Assembly (NCBI GenBank): GCA_937891765.1 | Contig: CALAGQ010000038.1 | Span: 9,079 to 73,078 of the forward strand | Direction of reading: 5' to 3' | Length of the DNA stretch: 64,000 nt | Source of the DNA: an uncultured Nitrospina sp. | GTDB taxonomy: Bacteria > Nitrospinota > Nitrospinia > Nitrospinales > VA-1 | Shown: piece by piece, positions 19,853-28,668 of the stretch | How the letters are laid out: each line of letters opens with the position of its first letter | Numbering within the stretch: position 1 is the first letter of the stretch | Made by a program: the position numbers and the translations under genes | The notes under the pieces: model-generated | What the model was told of the DNA's origin: nothing | The model's input: the letters and a program-made list of their open reading frames with translations, nothing else | The model's database searches: none

Positions 19853-19877
19853 ATTACATTGATATATGCAATGTAAT
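19853..19877. promoter_or_regulatory. 9-bp inverted repeat, candidate operator upstream of the diguanylate cyclase
   Basis: ATTACATTG-atatatg-CAATGTAAT, ending 20 bp before ATG 19898. Confidence 0.45.
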
Positions 19878-19897
19878 TTAACTGTAGCGGGGCTAGT

Positions 19898-21076
19898 ATG
19901 AGCGATTTGAGACAAACGATCATAGATTCCCTGAGTTCTTATTCCACTGATGATTCTGGTCTCTTGGAAACTATTCAGGGTCTTGTCGAAAAAGAGGGAG
20001 AAGAAGTTTATCCCACTTTGCTCAACGTATTGACCCACCTGGAATTCGACGCCCACGATGCCAAAGTCAATTGGGATCGTGTCCTCGCCCATCGTAACCT
20101 TTTGGAAACAAAACTTGATAGACACGTCAAGTTGATCACCGCAGTGTGCGACTATTTCTGCGAGATTTCACAAACCCTGCGAACTCCAACAATGATTGAG
20201 TTGAAGGTGCTGGAGGAAACCAAAAAACATTCCCGCTCTGATGGATTGACCGGACTTTTTAACCGTCGATTTTTTGATGAGGCTCTGGAAGGGGAAATGA
20301 ACCGGGCTCAAAGATATAATGGTAGCTATTCGCTCATATTCTTTGATCTCGATAATTTTAAAAGTTTCAATGATACTTACGGTCACCAGGCAGGGGATTT
20401 AACCCTGCAAGAAGTAGCCAAGATCTTGATATTGGAAAAAAGAACTGAAGACCTTGCCTGTAGATATGGCGGAGAAGAACTGGTACTCATTCTTCCTGAA
20501 ACCCAGAAGATCAATGCGCTGGTTATTGCCGAGCGTATTCGACAAACAGTTGAAAAAATGAAACTGGAGTTTGATGGACAATCTTTCAGTGTCACTTTAA
20601 GCGGGGGGGTTGCTTCTTATCCCGTAGACGCGAAGGATGTCAAGTCATTGATCCATGCAGCCGACGTCGCGCTTTATCAAGCCAAGGAAAGTGGCAGAAA
20701 CAGAATTTTCCTTCATGCCCAGGACAAACGGCATTATATAAGGATTGATTTTGCCGGGGACGTTCAGGTCAACAAAATTGATCAGAAATCTGGACAAATT
20801 CAAGTTCAGGGAAAAAATTTCAGCAGTTCCGGTTTGCTTTTAGAAAGCCTTGTTGCCATGGAAATCGGCACGCAGGTAAGTGTAGAAATCACAGATCCGG
20901 GCCTCGACAAGCCTATCACCGTGAAAGCCCAGGTGGCGCGAGTGGAAAAATTTGACTCTCATTATGATATCGGGGTTTCTTTTCTGGAAATCAATGATAC
21001 GGATGGAAGTGAAATAGCGCAGGCTCTGGCTAATAGTCTGGGAATCCCCATCAATCAAATCACCAATAAATATTGA
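19898..21076 (+). CDS. diguanylate cyclase (GGDEF) with C-terminal PilZ domain
   Basis: DGLTGLFNRR, RTED I-site, RYGGEEL; PilZ motifs RHYIR and NFSSSG. Confidence 0.92.
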   Translation: MSDLRQTIIDSLSSYSTDDSGLLETIQGLVEKEGEEVYPTLLNVLTHLEFDAHDAKVNWDRVLAHRNLLETKLDRHVKLITAVCDYFCEISQTLRTPTMIELKVLEETKKHSRSDGLTGLFNRRFFDEALEGEMNRAQRYNGSYSLIFFDLDNFKSFNDTYGHQAGDLTLQEVAKILILEKRTEDLACRYGGEELVLILPETQKINALVIAERIRQTVEKMKLEFDGQSFSVTLSGGVASYPVDAKDVKSLIHAADVALYQAKESGRNRIFLHAQDKRHYIRIDFAGDVQVNKIDQKSGQIQVQGKNFSSSGLLLESLVAMEIGTQVSVEITDPGLDKPITVKAQVARVEKFDSHYDIGVSFLEINDTDGSEIAQALANSLGIPINQITNKY

Positions 21077-21085
21077 TCTTTAAAG

Positions 21086-21880
21086 TCAGGGCCGGGTGGC
21101 TAACAAATTAAAGGTGTTTTGCGTTCCCAATACCCGGTTTGCCAACCATGCATGGAGTCCATAACGTCGGGCACAATATTTTTTAATCTGCAAAACTTCT
21201 AAACCTTCACCTCGCAGAACTTCATCGACCCGGTTCGGGTCAATGCCCCCAAACTGCCGCTGGTAATCCGAATGATGGTACTCATCATCCAGCACGGGAA
21301 TATTTCTCACCTTCATCTCAAACCGATATAATTTTTCATCCAGCCAGGAAAGCGCACGATGCAGGGCAAATTTTATTGGAGAATGAACTTCCTGCTTGAG
21401 CGGCTCAAAAAATACCAGCAGTTTATTTCCGGAAGAAAGCCTTGCGCAAATTTGACGAAGCACCGATTCGTAATCAAAGAGATGATGCAGGATGGCCGAC
21501 AAGACAATCACGTCATACTCATCCTGATTTTGCGACAGGAACTCCTCAGCATCTCCCACCACCAAGCGGGCCTGAGGTTTCAGTGTTGCGGGGATGGACT
21601 CCTCAAACGCCTGAATCATTTCCCGCGATAAATCCAAACCCGTCAAGGGGTATCCCCTGGATAAAAATTTCAGAGAGAGATAACCCGTCCCGCAACCCAG
21701 ATCGAGAATTTTAGAGGTGGGATTCAGGGTGGCACAAATCTCATCCACCGTATTTTTTAGAATGGCATTCTGAAAAAAATTTGTCTGCTCAGGGTGTCGG
21801 GAAAGATAGTACCGGTTTTCCAGGGCATGCACCCGGCGGTTTTCGTCTAATACTTTTTCTTTAGTGACGGCCGATTCCAT
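21086..21880 (-). CDS. class I SAM-dependent methyltransferase
   Basis: ILDLGCGTG, GLDLS, LSAILHHL. Confidence 0.9.
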   Translation of the reverse strand: MESAVTKEKVLDENRRVHALENRYYLSRHPEQTNFFQNAILKNTVDEICATLNPTSKILDLGCGTGYLSLKFLSRGYPLTGLDLSREMIQAFEESIPATLKPQARLVVGDAEEFLSQNQDEYDVIVLSAILHHLFDYESVLRQICARLSSGNKLLVFFEPLKQEVHSPIKFALHRALSWLDEKLYRFEMKVRNIPVLDDEYHHSDYQRQFGGIDPNRVDEVLRGEGLEVLQIKKYCARRYGLHAWLANRVLGTQNTFNLLATRP

Positions 21881-22725
21881 CAGGGCACGAGTTCTTCAAA
21901 AAAGAAACGTTTTTTGGTTTTCGATGTCTTGCACTCGTTGCAATTGACGCAGACATCGGGGTACTTCCCTTCCTCATGCTGGATACGTAATTTTTCAATC
22001 TCCCTGCCCTGCCACAAGTTCTGCACGTTATCATGGAGAGCGTTTCCCAGTTTCAAGGTAGCGTTGTAATCCACACAGCAGGGAATCACCGTCCCGTCCC
22101 ATAACACCACCATCTTGCCATAGTCTTTGCCAAAAGGTTCCGGGCAGGGCTCTTCTCTGGGACTTTGAACCAGTTTTGGCTGCATGCGAACATGATCCAC
22201 TATGGATTCCCAATGGCTGACAAAAGGATCAACATCCTCCTGAGTTTCTTCTTCGACGGTAAAGACCACTCCCATGCTCAAATCGGGTCGCCTCTTTTCT
22301 TTTTCATTTTTGAGCCTGATAATATTTTTTTCTATTTTATCAAGTTCCACACCCCGTATCCGCTTAAAGGTTTCCGCCGAACCATCAATGGAAAACCGGA
22401 TGATGTTGAGAGGGCTGTCAACAATCCTGCCAATCATTTTGTCTGTCAACAAAGTCCCGTTGGTATTCATCACTATAAATTTAACACCTGCCGCATGGGC
22501 ATAATCAAACATCTTGAAAATATCTTTATGCAACAGAGGCTCGCCCCAATTGTGCATGCAAAGATGCTCCAGATCGGGACAGTCATCAATGACTTTTTTG
22601 AATAAATCTAAATCCATAAAACCCTCTTCCCGCGTCATGCCTTCTGTCACAAAGCAGAACGTGCAACGCAGGTTACAGGTGTTGGTCGGCTCAATAATCA
22701 GGGAAGTGAGAGGTTTGATCTGCAT
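21880..22725 (-). CDS. radical SAM / SPASM-twitch protein
   Basis: CNLRCTFC, WGEPLLH, MNTNG, SIDG; C-terminal CPEPF..WDGTVIPCC..CVNC. Confidence 0.92.
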   Translation of the reverse strand: MQIKPLTSLIIEPTNTCNLRCTFCFVTEGMTREEGFMDLDLFKKVIDDCPDLEHLCMHNWGEPLLHKDIFKMFDYAHAAGVKFIVMNTNGTLLTDKMIGRIVDSPLNIIRFSIDGSAETFKRIRGVELDKIEKNIIRLKNEKEKRRPDLSMGVVFTVEEETQEDVDPFVSHWESIVDHVRMQPKLVQSPREEPCPEPFGKDYGKMVVLWDGTVIPCCVDYNATLKLGNALHDNVQNLWQGREIEKLRIQHEEGKYPDVCVNCNECKTSKTKKRFFFEELVP

Positions 22726-23654
22726 TATTCAATCACCTTTTCGACAATGTAGTCCGGGCGATCCTGAATTTGGGAATGGACACGTCCGAGATATTCGCCC
22801 AGAAATCCAATCGAAAGAAGCTGGACACCGGCAAAAAAGGCGAACACCGCCGTGAGAACAACAAAGCCTTCAATTAAAATTCCATTAACAATACGCTGGT
22901 AGAGAAGAAAGGCCATCATGAGAAACCCGAGAAAAGCACCGAACAATCCCATATAGGTCACCAACCTTAACGGAAAATTGGAATACCCGGTCACAAGATC
23001 CCACGATAGCTTCACCAAAGTCAGGAGACTGTATTTTGTTTCGCCCCGTTTCCGGGCATGGTGCTCTACTTCGATTTCCGCGCTGGGCAACCCCATCCAA
23101 CTCATCAAGACGGCCATGTATCGGGACCGATCCTTACAGGCTTCTATTTTTTCTATCACGCTACGGCGCATCGCGCGAAAGGAACTTAAATTCAGCTTCA
23201 CTCCTTTGCCAAAAAGCATTTGCCCAAACCCGCACAGGGACTTCGACCCCATAACTCTTAACAAACCATCCTGACGTTTTTTATGGGTGGTGGTGACCAG
23301 ATCAATATCTTCCGTCATCGCGGCGAGCAGTTTGGGAATTTCTTCCGGCGGATTCTGTAAATCCGAATCCAGTTGCACGATAATCTCTCCCCGGCTCATT
23401 CTGAATCCAGCCAGAACAGCGGCCTGCTGGCCGAAGTTGCGGGTCAACCGTACCAGACGGAATACTTTATCAGTCTCCCTGATGCGCTTGAGTTTTTCAA
23501 ACGACCCATCATCACTACCGTCATCCACGATCAGGATTTCGTAAGAACGGTTCAATCCATCGCCAACACATTTCAGGCGCGAACAAAGTTCTTCTACCAG
23601 CGATTCCTCGTTATAAACAGGAACAATGATTGAAATTTCCAGATTTTTATCCAT
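22725..23654 (-). CDS. GT2 polyprenyl-phosphate glycosyltransferase (ArnC/GtrB-like); start 23654
   Basis: VPVYNEE, DDGSDD, RNFGQQAA, LDSDLQNPPE, two C-terminal TM helices; the track's N-terminal MAPRRVED comes from a repeat. Confidence 0.9.
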   Translation of the reverse strand: MDKNLEISIIVPVYNEESLVEELCSRLKCVGDGLNRSYEILIVDDGSDDGSFEKLKRIRETDKVFRLVRLTRNFGQQAAVLAGFRMSRGEIIVQLDSDLQNPPEEIPKLLAAMTEDIDLVTTTHKKRQDGLLRVMGSKSLCGFGQMLFGKGVKLNLSSFRAMRRSVIEKIEACKDRSRYMAVLMSWMGLPSAEIEVEHHARKRGETKYSLLTLVKLSWDLVTGYSNFPLRLVTYMGLFGAFLGFLMMAFLLYQRIVNGILIEGFVVLTAVFAFFAGVQLLSIGFLGEYLGRVHSQIQDRPDYIVEKVIE

Positions 23655-23659
23655 ATCTT

Positions 23660-23779
23660 CCACTCGGCGTGGGGCCAATGAGCAATCGCTTTTATTGGCA
23701 AATAAAATTCATCTCGGCTTAAAGAACCAGCCCATTGCCACTGCGGTTAGCAGCCACTAGGCGTGGGGCTAATAAGCAA
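23660..23779 (+). repeat. two tandem units of the CCACTCGGCGTGG element (94-bp period) inside the glycan cluster
   Basis: cores at 23660-23685 and 23754-23779. Confidence 0.85.
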
Positions 23780-23802
23780 AAAGTTAATAAATTAGCAAGG
23801 GG

Positions 23803-25020
23803 TTAGCTCGGATGATGGTTCTCGGCATCCCTCGCTATAGGAACCGGGTAACCACTTTCTTTGGCTTTTAAAAATTCAACTCGCCGTATGCGGTTTTCGC
23901 CAACCATCTCTCCCGCTAGCGGTTCAGAACCGATGTACTCCGACTGGCAGCACCCCAGGCACCCTGGGAAAATTCCTTCCGCTTTCAGTTTTTCGCGGAA
24001 AGCATGAATCCGGTCCGACTGCCATCCCATACTGTCATCATTAATATTACCGACTCTAAAATGCGGGCAACTGAAAGTATCGCCATAGGCCGAAAAAGCC
24101 ACCTTCGTCCAGGGAATGTAACAGCGGTAATCCTTATACGAACTTTCATTGCTGTAGTAGCGGACAATCTCATCCACCGTTACATAGTTCGGCGAAAACC
24201 TCAGCTGGGTCTTACCCTCTTTGCTTTTTTTCTGCAAAAGCTCCAACTGCCTGCGTAAAAGTCTCGGCTCGATTTCTTCGACGGGTGTCGTCGGGCGTTG
24301 CAAATGCTCATCCTGATCATAGTCTTTGCCATGCCAGTAAGTGGCCGGACTGCTCAAAACATAATTAGCAACATTGGCCCCCAACTTGTTGACATAGTCA
24401 TAGAGCGGAACCAGCTCTTCCACATTACCGCGGTTGATAACACAAGTCATGTGAATGAGTGGGAAGCGGGACTTCAATTCCTCGCGCCGGGCTATCAGCC
24501 TCTCTAATCCTTGCGTCGTCTTTTTGAAAGAACCGGGAACGGTGGTGATTCTATCGTGCAGGGCTTCTCCACCTTCAAGCGAAACCCCCATATAAAATAA
24601 TCCCGAACCCCAGGCAGATTTCACTCTCAGTCGCATAAGCTCTTCCACAACCTTTTCACTCAACGTCGTCCCATTGGTGATGATATGGACCTTGTGTTTT
24701 TTTGTGGCAAACTCAAGAATATCCATGAAGTCACTTTTCATGAACGCTTCACCACCGGTGAAAGTGATCAACGAAAAGCGGGGAAGCTTAGAAATGGATT
24801 TTTTGACTTCCTCACTCGACATCTCATTTTTATAAGTTTGCTTCGATTCGGTTTCTTCAATAATTTCCAGGTAATGACACATATCGCAGCGCAGGTTGCA
24901 CCGATAGGTCACCTCAAAAAAAGCCTGCACCGGCGGCAGGGATAATCGCGGTGCCAGATAAAACGGCAGAAACGAATAGATGCGCGGCAATATTTTTTGC
25001 AGAAATTTAAAATCGATCAT
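23803..25020 (-). CDS. radical SAM / SPASM protein
   Basis: CNLRCDMC, FTGGE, ITNG, SLEG; C-terminal CYIPW..GDTFSCP..CLGCC. Confidence 0.9.
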   Translation of the reverse strand: MIDFKFLQKILPRIYSFLPFYLAPRLSLPPVQAFFEVTYRCNLRCDMCHYLEIIEETESKQTYKNEMSSEEVKKSISKLPRFSLITFTGGEAFMKSDFMDILEFATKKHKVHIITNGTTLSEKVVEELMRLRVKSAWGSGLFYMGVSLEGGEALHDRITTVPGSFKKTTQGLERLIARREELKSRFPLIHMTCVINRGNVEELVPLYDYVNKLGANVANYVLSSPATYWHGKDYDQDEHLQRPTTPVEEIEPRLLRRQLELLQKKSKEGKTQLRFSPNYVTVDEIVRYYSNESSYKDYRCYIPWTKVAFSAYGDTFSCPHFRVGNINDDSMGWQSDRIHAFREKLKAEGIFPGCLGCCQSEYIGSEPLAGEMVGENRIRRVEFLKAKESGYPVPIARDAENHHPS

Positions 25021-25030
25021 AATGTATTTT

Positions 25031-25732
25031 CTATGTGCAACGAATCGGTTCAGCTTGTTTTAAAATACTCAAACTTTGCTCGCCGCAGTTGAATAACAAA
25101 TCAATCGCGGACAACTGAGGCACAAAACCGGGATACCTCTGCGGGTAAACCGGGTGCTCGTATTTCTGATACTCCAACTCAATGCCTTGGCTGGGAAAAT
25201 CCCCTTCCTCGATATAATCGCTCGCAGCCTCACCGCTCAAATAATGGGTCGCTCCCAGTTCCCGGCAAATCGAAAGAAGCCTCTCGGTTTTTTCTCCGCA
25301 GGTTTTCATCTCGGATGAACGCAGGAGGGGAGTGTCGATACCGATCTCGTCTTTAAGAAGATGAATCGTTTCCTGACAAAGGTCGAACAGAAATTCCCAT
25401 TCCTTTTCATAAATCTTCTGCCAGCGAGGGAAATATTTATAAAAAAATGGCGCCTTGCAATAATGCAGGCGCAGGCTCTCCAAATGTTTTTTGCGCCAGG
25501 GTGCAGAATTGTCGATGCGGGTCTCAAGAAGGCTTTGCGAGAATTTACTCTTCTGCAGAACCGGCACCGTCAACCAGGCCCAACCCTCCTTCACGCGAAT
25601 GCGGTTCCTGTTCCGCCAGTCCCGACGCGTGTACTGCACATCATCCAGCAGGACGAATTTGTCAGAACGGCTCATCTGCTCGAAAAATCCCAGCCACGGC
25701 AAATAAGAAGGTTGAAGTATGGTAACCCGCAT
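25031..25732 (-). CDS. WbqC family protein
   Basis: ILQPSYLPWLGFF, DDVQY..RDWRNRN, HPVYPQ, LSAIDLLFNCG. Confidence 0.92.
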   Translation of the reverse strand: MRVTILQPSYLPWLGFFEQMSRSDKFVLLDDVQYTRRDWRNRNRIRVKEGWAWLTVPVLQKSKFSQSLLETRIDNSAPWRKKHLESLRLHYCKAPFFYKYFPRWQKIYEKEWEFLFDLCQETIHLLKDEIGIDTPLLRSSEMKTCGEKTERLLSICRELGATHYLSGEAASDYIEEGDFPSQGIELEYQKYEHPVYPQRYPGFVPQLSAIDLLFNCGEQSLSILKQAEPIRCT

Positions 25733-25737
25733 AAACT

Positions 25738-26751
25738 TTATCCTTTAGGGACCCAGAGTTCTTTCATCCACAGAACCCGCTCCCACCACTTGGGATTATT
25801 CCGGTAAAATTCAATGGTGCGTTCGATGCCTTCATCCAAATCAATTTTCGATTTCCAGTCCAGGCGCTCACGCGATTTTTCGGTGGAAGAAATATGTCTC
25901 GTCACCTGACCGGGGCGATCATCAATGAACTGCAACAAACTTTCGGGCTTGTTCATCAGTCGCAAAATTCTTTTGGCGATTTCCACCACAGACGTATCGG
26001 TTCCCGTTCCGAGATTGATCGTCTGACCAATCACCCGGTCACGCTCCACATGCAGAACCCGATCCAATGCTTCACAAGTGTCTTCCACATACATCCAGTC
26101 ACGGGAACTCTCGCCATTACCGTGAATGGGCAACGGCTGATCCTGCAATGCACTGACAATAAAATTGGGAATGGCTTTTTCCAGATGCTGACACGGCCCA
26201 TAATTATTAAACGGACGAATGATGACCGCTGGCAGATCGTAAGTCTTGACGTAGGAATAGATCAACCGATCCGCTCCGGCCTTCGCCGCCGCATACGGAC
26301 TCATGGGATTCAACGGATGATCCTCATCCATTGGGTCGGTCAAAGCCGTGCCGTATACTTCGGAAGATGAGATATGCACAAACAACTCGACCGGATTATT
26401 CACCGCAGCGTTGGCCACCACCTGCGTGCCAATAACATCGGTCTCGAAGAAAATCGCGTTATCATAAATCGAGCGGGTCACATGCGACTCCGCCGCGAAA
26501 TGCACGACAATATCTGCTTCCGAAACCAGCTTGTTGACAATGTCGGGATGAGTGATGTTGCCGTGATGAAATTGAAAATGTCCGTTGGATTTCAGACTGG
26601 TCGGAATATTGTCGAGGTTGCCGGCATAGGTCAAAGCATCAAGCAAAAGGATTTTCGTGCTCGGGTAGCGCTTATGAATAAAATTGATGAAATTGCTGCC
26701 GATGAATCCCGCGCCGCCAGTCACCAATAAAGTTTTTTCGGATTCGCTCAT
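25738..26751 (-). CDS. RmlB-like NDP-sugar dehydratase/epimerase (extended SDR); start 26751
   Basis: GGAGFIG, DALTYAGN, HFAAESHV, YAAAK, FNNYGP; GGGAGG RBS before ATG 26751. Confidence 0.88.
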   Translation of the reverse strand: MSESEKTLLVTGGAGFIGSNFINFIHKRYPSTKILLLDALTYAGNLDNIPTSLKSNGHFQFHHGNITHPDIVNKLVSEADIVVHFAAESHVTRSIYDNAIFFETDVIGTQVVANAAVNNPVELFVHISSSEVYGTALTDPMDEDHPLNPMSPYAAAKAGADRLIYSYVKTYDLPAVIIRPFNNYGPCQHLEKAIPNFIVSALQDQPLPIHGNGESSRDWMYVEDTCEALDRVLHVERDRVIGQTINLGTGTDTSVVEIAKRILRLMNKPESLLQFIDDRPGQVTRHISSTEKSRERLDWKSKIDLDEGIERTIEFYRNNPKWWERVLWMKELWVPKG

Positions 26752-26916
26752 AGCCTCCCTGCATCCCAAAAATTCGACTTCCCTACATTATATATAAGAG
26801 CCCTGTCTTTCTTTACGGAAAAATAGAGAAATTCCTTTAATTATATGGATATAAGCCCATTTCAGGTGGTGTTGGATATTGCATGAACAAAGAAGGTGGA
26901 ATCAATCTTTATGTAG

Positions 26917-26999
26917 CCCCCTCATCCTGGCCTTCTCCCTCCAGGGGAGAAGGGACTTTTTGCTTCCTCTCCCTTGAGGGGAGAGGATTGAGGTGAGGG
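26917..26999. repeat. double-hairpin REP-like element
   Basis: CCTTCTCCC-tccag-GGGAGAAGG and TCCTCTCCC-ttgag-GGGAGAGGA; weaker relatives at ~19766-19786 and ~43766-43795. Confidence 0.75.
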
Positions 27000-27044
27000 T
27001 GATTCAATAATACTTTTCACTTATAGCATTCTGGTTAGGAGTGG

Positions 27045-27704
27045 CTAGAGGGTGAGTAGTTTTTTGATGGTTTTTTCAATGCCTTCGGCCACTTCCGAGA
27101 TGCTCTGGCCCAGCATATAGGCCGGGGTCGAGACGATTTTGTTCTCCGCGTCGAAGACAAAATCACGAGCCGAACAGTCCTGATGCGTGCTGCCCATCAA
27201 TTCGATCTTGCTACTGCATTCCTTGTCGTTGCCGATGGTTAATGTGGGTTTGTTGGGAGCATCTTCGTAGATTTTTGCCATCATGGCCGGGGCGATGCAC
27301 AAAACTGCCTGCGGTTTTTGTTTGGCGGCAAACTCTTTCACCAGCCTCATCACTTCCGGGTGAACGTCGCAGTTTTCGCCTTTGACCGCGAAGCTCGAGA
27401 GGTTTTTTGCCGCACCGAATCCACCAGGGAATACCAGCGCGTCAATGTCATCGGCTTTGACGGTAGCGATATCTTTAATCTCACCACGGGCGATACGTGC
27501 CGCTTCGACCAGAACGTTACGTTTTTCTCCCGGCGTTTCTTCACCGGTGAGATGGTTGACCACATGCATCTGGTCGACATTAGGGGCCATGCACACCGCC
27601 TGGGCCCCAGCCCGGTCGATCGCCAAAAGAGTGATAACCGACTCGTGAATCTCCGCCCCGTCAAACACCCCGCATCCCGAAAGCACCACACCAATCTTTT
27701 TCAT
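27045..27704 (-). CDS. elbB: ElbB (DJ-1/PfpI superfamily) glyoxalase-like protein
   Basis: LSGCGVFDGAEIHE, FPGGFGAAKNL, CIAP, VSTPAYM. Confidence 0.93.
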   Translation of the reverse strand: MKKIGVVLSGCGVFDGAEIHESVITLLAIDRAGAQAVCMAPNVDQMHVVNHLTGEETPGEKRNVLVEAARIARGEIKDIATVKADDIDALVFPGGFGAAKNLSSFAVKGENCDVHPEVMRLVKEFAAKQKPQAVLCIAPAMMAKIYEDAPNKPTLTIGNDKECSSKIELMGSTHQDCSARDFVFDAENKIVSTPAYMLGQSISEVAEGIEKTIKKLLTL

Positions 27705-27804
27705 AATTATTTCCCCCTGAAAAAATAAAAACAGAGATTAGTTTTGAATAGAATTTTACCACCCACTCGGCGTGCAGGGAAAGTGTTTTAACCGCCAGTC
27801 ATGC

Positions 27805-28505
27805 TCAAGAGATAGGAGGGCAGGAAGGCTTACATTCTTCACACTCACAGTTCAGGTCGTGAAATGCAAAAGTTAGAGTCAAGCTTTCCCAAAGCCAAAA
27901 TGTCCAGAGCCACATATTATGTGCTTCAGGGAATTGACCATAACGATAAGCAAAACAAGCTTTAAAGTCCCCTAAAATTGGTTTGACCCCTAATGCTGCC
28001 ATAAAAATTTCCGGCAACTTTTGGTCAGGAGATATGATATCGAAAGTAATGGGCTTATCTTCAGGAATCAATTCACCCTCATTATAATAAAATAACCCCT
28101 TTAAAATTTTTATGGCCACCCTATAAACGCGATCTGGGTCGACCTTTTTTGCAGTCATTCCATCTGATAAATGTATACCCTTTGGTTTATGGGTGACCTC
28201 CTCTAAAACCTTATTAATTAATTTTACCTGCTCACCCTTTTCGTAAAATTTTCTTTCAGCAGAGACTCCCCCGACTTTGAATTTTTTCCAAGAGGGAACA
28301 AGGTATGGACAAAATAATCTTCATCGTGCTGAAAATTTTTATTGCAGTCATCATGCACGGGAAATTTTAAGAGATTTAAATTTTGCATTTTTCTTATCTC
28401 TTTTGCATAAATTTGCAAGAGGGGAACATGATCTTTGGAAATGGGCACTGATAAAGGTGTGCCGCAAAGGTAACAGGTCTCAATTTTATTTAAATTAATG
28501 GGCAT
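27805..28505 (-). pseudogene. HNH-endonuclease-like gene split by a -1 frameshift (ORFs 28505-28224 and 28158-27805)
   Basis: CYLCG..SKDHVP..PVHDDCN in the first ORF; the second frame is open from at least 28290; junction A-AAT-TTT at 28252-28246; AT-rich. Confidence 0.6.
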
Positions 28506-28570
28506 TTAGAAATATATGTAACAAGACAAGGAAACACCATACATTCTTGACCACAAACAGTCATCCTATC

Positions 28571-28656
28571 CGTCGTCGCGAGCCGCTGAAAGCGACGTGG
28601 CGATCCAGACTTTATAATCTACCTTTCTGGATTGCTTCGCTCCGCTCGCAACGACG
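28571..28656. repeat. REP-like nested inverted repeat element
   Basis: same outer and inner inverted repeats as 9221-9341. Confidence 0.75.
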
Positions 28657-28668
28657 GCTACTGGCAAC

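Noticed and set aside
19862-19875. FNR/CRP box in the palindrome upstream of the cyclase
   Set aside because: Only the TTGAT half matches; the second half is not ATCAA at N4 spacing
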